From positions 22,217 to 86,216 of IMG/VR virus record IMGVR_UViG_3300021373_002787: 64,000 bases of DNA; one strand, given 5' to 3'. Below, piece by piece: positions 58,288 to 64,000 of the stretch. Below the pieces are notes generated by a model that saw nothing but the letters and a program-made list of their open reading frames with translations, searched no databases and had not been told where the DNA came from. Origin of the DNA: a virus. How positions within the stretch are numbered: position 1 is the first letter of the stretch; every line of letters starts with the position of its first letter. Made by a program: the position numbers and the translations under genes.

Positions 58288-59177
58288 TATTCTTCTAGTT
58301 TAATATCTTCGATTTCAACATCGAACGGTTCTTTATCAAATGGAGTAGTCTCAACTCTAATATCGTTTCCAACCTCTTGAATTGAATATGAATGATATTC
58401 CTTACCTATTTGCGGATCCATCAAATCTTTCATCTCCTGAACTATCTCATCCTTCTCTAGTTCTATAAAAGTTGATGTGCCGTCTTCCTCAATCACTGTT
58501 TTCCAATTACCTATCTCAGGAGTCTCTATTGTTTCAATTGTTGTTTCTCCCTTCTTCTTTAAAACTCCAAGAGCGGTAACAGTCTGGTCCTCTAAATATC
58601 TTTTAATAGAGTTGAGTAATATATTTGTCTGTGTGTTTATTTTATAATCATACAATTTTGATGTTTGGTTATAGGTGTAACTTGTAGACACGGTGTTTCT
58701 TCCAATAAACTGTCCCTCTTTAGGCTTTATTGAAATTGTCATAATTTCTTTATCATCTCCTTCAAGAGTTTCAAACTCTCTTTCAGCCTTAAAATAACTT
58801 TCCCATAAGTCTTCATTTTCAAATAACTGTTCAATTTTTACATTTACTGAAAAAAGAGAAGAACTTGGTCCGTAACCGCTACCATCCGCAAACCTTTTAA
58901 GAGCATTTGATAATTCTTCGCCTACCTGATACTTAATTGGATCTTTAACGGAAGCCCTAAATTTTAAAGGAGAAAGATTTCCATTGTTAAGACTTCCCGT
59001 TATATCAGCGTTTATTAAGGCACTAAAATAACTTTCAACGTCTTCTGTAAATTCTTTGATTCTATCCAACTCTACGGCTGAAATATCATACGCATATTCA
59101 TAGTACTCAATAACATTGGTAGTTACCGTAAAAGTGAAACTATAGCCCCATTTATTTAATAGTTCATCAAGTGTCAT
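58287..59177 (-). CDS. Hypothetical protein
   Basis: 296 aa, acidic, TAATG-coupled on both sides. Confidence 0.65.
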   Translation of the reverse strand: MTLDELLNKWGYSFTFTVTTNVIEYYEYAYDISAVELDRIKEFTEDVESYFSALINADITGSLNNGNLSPLKFRASVKDPIKYQVGEELSNALKRFADGSGYGPSSSLFSVNVKIEQLFENEDLWESYFKAEREFETLEGDDKEIMTISIKPKEGQFIGRNTVSTSYTYNQTSKLYDYKINTQTNILLNSIKRYLEDQTVTALGVLKKKGETTIETIETPEIGNWKTVIEEDGTSTFIELEKDEIVQEMKDLMDPQIGKEYHSYSIQEVGNDIRVETTPFDKEPFDVEIEDIKLEE

Positions 59178-59866
59178 TATTTACCAGTTTGTTGATAGTT
59201 ACTGTGTTCGCCTTTTAATTGACCCACTGTCGGTGTCGTGGGTGGAAGTGGAGGACCACTAGGACCAACCCCAGTTGGATGTGTATGCGCTAAATAATCA
59301 TCTAATAGTTTATTTAACCATTCTTCAAGTGACTTACCACGAACGGCTGGTTCACTCTCATCAGTACCATCATTTGTTGCTATAAAAATATCGCCTGAAT
59401 TAATAAAGATCTGTCCCTCTGGGCTAAATCGAATCATTGGGGCCTCGGTGTTTGATTCTCCAGTTGTAATTACAAGGCCGTCTTCGACTGAGTAATAGAC
59501 TCTTAGATTTCTTTCATCATCATAAACAAGAGAAATAACGTTTTGCGGCTCTTCACTATTCTCAAGAACCTCACTCTTCAGGGTATCATTCTGGTTCACC
59601 TGGAACCAATATTCCGGGTGATATATGTTACCATTATCAAAACGTACTGATACAATATCACCAACCCTAGGAACTGCATGGGAACCTGGAAGGTTTCTAT
59701 TCATTGGAGTTGCCCATGGAATAGCCTCTTCTGGTAAGAGGTCAAACTTACCAAACACTTTGATTCTACATCTACCTGAATAAAGCGGATCTTCATTGTT
59801 TACCACTTCACCAAGCCAATGAGAATCTCGAGTGTTGTCTCTATATAGCTCGTTAGTAGTCTCCAT
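59177..59866 (-). CDS. Baseplate central spike (gp5/gpV-like, no lysozyme domain)
   Basis: OB fold GEVVNNEDP..GRCRIKV...PWA.P...VPRVGD.V.V.F; HTH tip motif. Confidence 0.85.
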   Translation of the reverse strand: METTNELYRDNTRDSHWLGEVVNNEDPLYSGRCRIKVFGKFDLLPEEAIPWATPMNRNLPGSHAVPRVGDIVSVRFDNGNIYHPEYWFQVNQNDTLKSEVLENSEEPQNVISLVYDDERNLRVYYSVEDGLVITTGESNTEAPMIRFSPEGQIFINSGDIFIATNDGTDESEPAVRGKSLEEWLNKLLDDYLAHTHPTGVGPSGPPLPPTTPTVGQLKGEHSNYQQTGK

Positions 59867-61023
59867 TATTTATGTACGTTGTCATTAAGCGGTCCTTCAG
59901 AATCTTGAGGAGACCGATCATATACGTTAGCACCGATCGGCCCTTCGCTATCTTGTGGGCGCCTATCATGAATGTTTTCTTTAATTGGTCCTTCAGAATC
60001 TTTAGGAACCGGATCATATGCTGCTCCAAGTTCTCCTTTAGGAATCGTAGTCGGTCTATCTCCAGCCCCGCCTCCGCCAACAAGGTTTGCGATTCCATTA
60101 ACTGATCCGGCAGAAATAGCGTCTTGTACGGTTGATAGAGTATTTGCACCATGGACATTACCAAGTAGTAACTGTCCTTTAATGTTTTCTACAGTTCGAT
60201 CAACTGCGCTATCAATAATTTCGCCGGCTGCCTCTTTTGCAACGTCTCCAATCATTTGACCAATAGTTCTATTTTGATCTTGTAACATTGAATTGGCATA
60301 TTCACCCTTTCCACTGCTTTTCTCCCATTTAATTTTAATTTTAGGAGCTGCTGCCGCTTCAGGACTTCTATTTAGTCCTTCAAATATTTCACTAGTAGAA
60401 TTTAGGTCAAACTCACAGTGCCCAAGATCAATTGCAAAATGAGGTCTCTCAGCCTTTACTCCACCTTGACTTCCTAAAACATCAAGATTTGCGTTGGGTA
60501 CTGCTGCATTAAATACAGTTGAAGCTTTTTTAAGAATTCCTTTTCCACTGTTAAACGTTCTTACTTCAGAAACATAGATATGCAATCCAAAGGTTCGTAA
60601 GTTTTTTGGGATAACTTCAACCCATCTATTAAAATCAAATGCAGCATTTCGATAGAGATCCATCATACCAGAAACGGTAAGCTCAACAGTTTCTAGACAT
60701 TCAATTTCTATTTCTTGTTCTCCCCGAAAGGGCTCTGCCATATTCCACTGTCTTGTCTTTTCTAAACCACTAACAGACTGCCAAAACCAAGGGTATTGCG
60801 AATTTACCTTCTTTAAAATCTTAATAAAGTTTTTAAGACTATCTGCTCTTTCATCATCTTGACAGACATTCCTTAAATAGTCTTCTGCCATACCGTTAAG
60901 CAGGGGAGAATGATCACTATAATAGTCAAACATAAAGAAAAACGACAAATATGTCGGGTCCTCATGCATGGTATCAAATAGCTTGATCTTTCTAAAGTCT
61001 TTTGTGGTTCTAAAGTCCTGCAT
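59866..61023 (-). CDS. Putative tail tube initiator or baseplate protein
   Basis: Lies between hub and spike; WQSVSGLE...IECLET; C-terminal short repeats PxDSEGP x3. Confidence 0.45.
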   Translation of the reverse strand: MQDFRTTKDFRKIKLFDTMHEDPTYLSFFFMFDYYSDHSPLLNGMAEDYLRNVCQDDERADSLKNFIKILKKVNSQYPWFWQSVSGLEKTRQWNMAEPFRGEQEIEIECLETVELTVSGMMDLYRNAAFDFNRWVEVIPKNLRTFGLHIYVSEVRTFNSGKGILKKASTVFNAAVPNANLDVLGSQGGVKAERPHFAIDLGHCEFDLNSTSEIFEGLNRSPEAAAAPKIKIKWEKSSGKGEYANSMLQDQNRTIGQMIGDVAKEAAGEIIDSAVDRTVENIKGQLLLGNVHGANTLSTVQDAISAGSVNGIANLVGGGGAGDRPTTIPKGELGAAYDPVPKDSEGPIKENIHDRRPQDSEGPIGANVYDRSPQDSEGPLNDNVHK

Positions 61024-61039
61024 ACTCTATTTATTATAA

Positions 61040-62548
61040 TTATCCAGCTGACTTAGCAGCATTTATTCTTGCCGGCCATTCTCTTCTTGTCAATATAACT
61101 TTTTGAGAATAGTTTCCTACAGAACCTTTATAAATTATATCAATCGATTCTATAATATAATAGCCGCTTAAGAACTGATCCAACATTTGCTCTGGTCTCT
61201 CTTCTTCACTCTTTCCATTATCAATAGCAGAGTCCTTAAATCCAGCATCTTCTTTCGCATCTTTTAGGTTACCTGCCTCGACAAGTCTTTGTCTGTCAAC
61301 ATGGTATATTAATACCGGTACCTTCATATATCTATAGAGACTTGCATTAAACGTAGGTATAGTGACCTCTAGTTTTATCTTTTGAGTCTCATCAAAGTTT
61401 CTCTTATTGTGCAGCTGGGAAAATATGTGGTTTGGATGAACATTTCCAAGACCCTCTTCACCGACATCTTGGCGACCCATATATTTATGTTTTACCAAGT
61501 CAAGATATTCTTCACTCTCCCTGTTTCCCTTTAAAGGTTCTTGAAGATCGATTAAATTTTCAGGGTCGGTTGAAAGAGCTTCGATTCTAAACTCGTCTAG
61601 TCTCTCCTCTGCATTATCATCATAGATTTGAATGTCTCTAAAATGACCGTGCAGTTCATTTACCGAATTTGATTGATTTAAAATCCTATATTTTTCAAAC
61701 CAATTATTAGTTGACTTAAAAGAAAGCTTGTTTGTTAAAAATAACTTAAACGGAGTATTATCGACACTAGTATCACTTTCCATCTCTTCGCTCATTGTTG
61801 TTGGAGGAGACGTCATAGTATCTTGAAAGTCTTGAATGCTTGGATTAGAAGCATTAAAAATCTTATTAATATCGATAAAATTCAAATAGTAATATTGGTC
61901 AATGAAGAAGTGTTGAAAGGCTTCGTCAGAGACATAAGATGTCGATACAATTTGTTTTATAAAGTCAAGGTAATTAATAAACGGCTGAATCCTGATTTGC
62001 TCATCAACCGTCTCGTCTATGTTTGATGCTAAACCCAGCTTTAATTCCTTAACAACTGCAGTCAAGTGCTCAAGAGATGTATTTGTTTCTAAGTGCTGAC
62101 AGTTTTCTGCAAATAATTTAGGAACGCTAACTCTACCAGCGATTGAAATCTTCGAAGGCTGTCCCTCCTTTGGAGGAGCCGATGTTATATCTGTGATTTC
62201 AAAGTCGAGATGAATTGATTTGTAAGTTGCTTCATTCTTTGATCCAATATATACGGTCATCTTGTCGCCGTCTCTTGGAAAACTATCAACTCCAAAAATA
62301 TTCTTACTATCAATTAGAGTAGCTGAAACAGTAGGGTAAGCGCCTTCAGATGAAAGAGTAAAAGACTTTACGTCATTCATTGAGAATGCATAATCGTTAA
62401 CAAAGATAAGAGGCTTTTCAATACCGATAGTCTTTGTTACCTTATCGTTCTTTTCAGCTGACTCTGCTGGATCAGGAGCCTCTATTTTTTTAGGCTCGAT
62501 GGCTGGCTCGACTAGAGCCAATATATTATTTTCTAAGTCTACTGCCAT
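61040..62548 (-). CDS. Baseplate hub protein (gp27-like)
   Basis: Lies between the gp53-like and gp5-like genes; LSGYYIIESI...LTRREW C-terminus. Confidence 0.6.
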   Translation of the reverse strand: MAVDLENNILALVEPAIEPKKIEAPDPAESAEKNDKVTKTIGIEKPLIFVNDYAFSMNDVKSFTLSSEGAYPTVSATLIDSKNIFGVDSFPRDGDKMTVYIGSKNEATYKSIHLDFEITDITSAPPKEGQPSKISIAGRVSVPKLFAENCQHLETNTSLEHLTAVVKELKLGLASNIDETVDEQIRIQPFINYLDFIKQIVSTSYVSDEAFQHFFIDQYYYLNFIDINKIFNASNPSIQDFQDTMTSPPTTMSEEMESDTSVDNTPFKLFLTNKLSFKSTNNWFEKYRILNQSNSVNELHGHFRDIQIYDDNAEERLDEFRIEALSTDPENLIDLQEPLKGNRESEEYLDLVKHKYMGRQDVGEEGLGNVHPNHIFSQLHNKRNFDETQKIKLEVTIPTFNASLYRYMKVPVLIYHVDRQRLVEAGNLKDAKEDAGFKDSAIDNGKSEEERPEQMLDQFLSGYYIIESIDIIYKGSVGNYSQKVILTRREWPARINAAKSAG

Positions 62549-63117
62549 TATGCTTCGTTATTAGGTATTGTCTTAGTTGTTGTATTTGTGTTAACATCCT
62601 TTATTACCTTTTCAGCAACTGGATCGCTGTATGCCTGCTTTCCAAATACAATCTTACCTCTTTCAAACTTAAAGTTTTTCTTACCAACTGCAATTACGTT
62701 CGGTGGAAGAAGATTTTCCTTATCGTACTTCTTTTTAAGAGATTCAACCCGCTTAGCATCTTTTTCGGTAAGTCTTTTTGTATCGACAAACTGCTGCTTA
62801 ACAATATTCTCTTCTACTTGAGGTGCTCTATTAAACTTTTTAGTTCCAACCTCTGCAACCGGTATCTTAAGATATTGCCCTTCAACTATTGAGAATGGAT
62901 TCGATATATTATTAAACTTTAAAATAATATCTAATAGACTAGCGTCTCCATAGTATTTAGCGGCAATCAGATCTGGCCTTGCCTCTTGAAACTTATCAAC
63001 TCTATGTGCCTTTTCAAGCAATAGCGCCTCTTCTTTATTTTGAAAAAGAAGAGTCGGAATCATTAATAATAATTTTGTTCCGTCAGCTATTTTGTTTACT
63101 ATAGTTTTTAATTCCAT
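62548..63117 (-). CDS. Baseplate wedge protein (gp53/LysM-like)
   Basis: RPDLIAAKYYG...ILKFNNISNPFSIVEGQYLKIP. Confidence 0.85.
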   Translation of the reverse strand: MELKTIVNKIADGTKLLLMIPTLLFQNKEEALLLEKAHRVDKFQEARPDLIAAKYYGDASLLDIILKFNNISNPFSIVEGQYLKIPVAEVGTKKFNRAPQVEENIVKQQFVDTKRLTEKDAKRVESLKKKYDKENLLPPNVIAVGKKNFKFERGKIVFGKQAYSDPVAEKVIKDVNTNTTTKTIPNNEA

Positions 63118-63126
63118 CTTTAAGTA

Positions 63127-64000
63127 TTATCCATTTGCAATGTCAGAAACTCTAGTGTCCATGCCATCTGCAGGTCTTTGTTTACCGTAAGGTGTAGTAA
63201 TAACTTCACTACTTCCTGGGTTGTAGGCATCTGATTGAAGATACATTCTACCTCTACCGGCGTTAAACATGCTTTCAATTTCACCTTTGTCTCTCGCTCT
63301 ACCAGGTTTAAGAGTTATTGTAACCTTTAATTTACTTGGGAACCCTTCATAACCAAGAGGTCCTTCAAACGCAAATTCAGCATCTTGTAGAGTTAAGTTA
63401 CCCGCAACAATCATTGGATTCATTGGATTTCCTATCGTTAAGTGCCAATTACCCGTCGGATCACCAGCAACAAATGCATTTACAACAGTACCTCCTTGAG
63501 GACCTCCAAGTAGCTTCATTAGTCCTCCTCCAATAACGTTATCGAAAACTTTACCGTCTCCTTTAAAAAATCCTTCAAATCCTTCTTTAAGACTAGAAAA
63601 TCCACCCATTATCTGGTCTCCTAACCCTTCAAAATAACCTTTATAATCTCCACTTGCAAGTTTCTTAAAATCACCAAATGGTTTACCAACACTACCACTA
63701 CCAAGATACCTTGTAGCACCTCCCCAGAAAGGAGCATTGTTATATGTTAGAGCAAGCAAGTTAGACATTGTGTCCATAAACGCTGCCTTTGGAGATGTAT
63801 TACCATAGCCTCTAATATCATAATAGAATGTTAATGAAAAATCTTGTTCAAAAACCATCCCTCTTTCACGTGTTAAAATCTTGTCAATAACATTGTAGGG
63901 ACCAAATACTTTATTTGGATAGGTTTCTTTTGTAGGATCCCAGCCTCCTCCTTTATCTCTAATCATTGCGGCAGACGCTGCACTTCTACCAACTGCTGCA
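63127..64000 (-). CDS. Baseplate or tail-tube initiator-like protein, partial (starts beyond the window)
   Basis: Frame stays open past 63966 to the edge; WHLTIGNP...GNL...GFPSKLKVTITLK. Confidence 0.55.
   Translation of the reverse strand, partial: AAVGRSAASAAMIRDKGGGWDPTKETYPNKVFGPYNVIDKILTRERGMVFEQDFSLTFYYDIRGYGNTSPKAAFMDTMSNLLALTYNNAPFWGGATRYLGSGSVGKPFGDFKKLASGDYKGYFEGLGDQIMGGFSSLKEGFEGFFKGDGKVFDNVIGGGLMKLLGGPQGGTVVNAFVAGDPTGNWHLTIGNPMNPMIVAGNLTLQDAEFAFEGPLGYEGFPSKLKVTITLKPGRARDKGEIESMFNAGRGRMYLQSDAYNPGSSEVITTPYGKQRPADGMDTRVSDIANG

Noticed and set aside
1194-63536. Plus-strand ORFs and short nested minus-strand ORFs in the track
   Set aside because: They are shadows of longer minus-strand genes, with no recognisable motifs.
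1-64000. Alternative genetic code (stop-codon reassignment)
   Set aside because: The standard code gives full-length genes at high density, and TAG and TGA end genes at the expected positions (uvsX ends in TAG).
1-64000. tRNA or rRNA genes
   Set aside because: Intergenic gaps are short and I saw no cloverleaf or T-loop signature by eye; tRNAscan was not run.

Overview
This 64-kb window is a segment of a large, AT-rich, T4-like (myovirus, probably jumbo) phage genome. All credible genes are on the minus strand, tightly packed and often coupled by TAATG/ATGA overlaps. In coordinate order it holds: (1) a replication and nucleotide-metabolism block (gp41-like helicase, UvsX, a family-B DNA polymerase split into two genes 4.9 kb apart, sliding clamp, NrdA/NrdB, 2OG-Fe(II) oxygenase, MgsA, HAD phosphatase); (2) a ~12-kb array (11.7-24 kb) of unrelated cargo domains sharing a leader MKH[VIL]KLFEQFVNE, which resembles the T4 capsid-targeting sequence and also recurs inside ORFs; (3) UvsW, UvsY, primase, gp32-like SSB and a RuvC-like resolvase; (4) a tail, baseplate and neck module that also contains a ribosomal protein S1 homologue and an amidoligase. 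The best candidate for an undescribed system is the leader-tagged array. It appears to be a modular set of head-packaged, protease-processed proteins that includes several nucleotidyltransferase-type enzymes, with signs of shuffling through the leader-coding DNA. Three candidate promoter classes can be read from the DNA: GAAAC-N17-TATAA before replication genes, GATATATA before mostly late-type genes, and a 32-bp two-copy motif. A Bacteroidota host is inferred from A-rich leaders without Shine-Dalgarno sites. All calls come from motif recognition by eye; no database searches were run.
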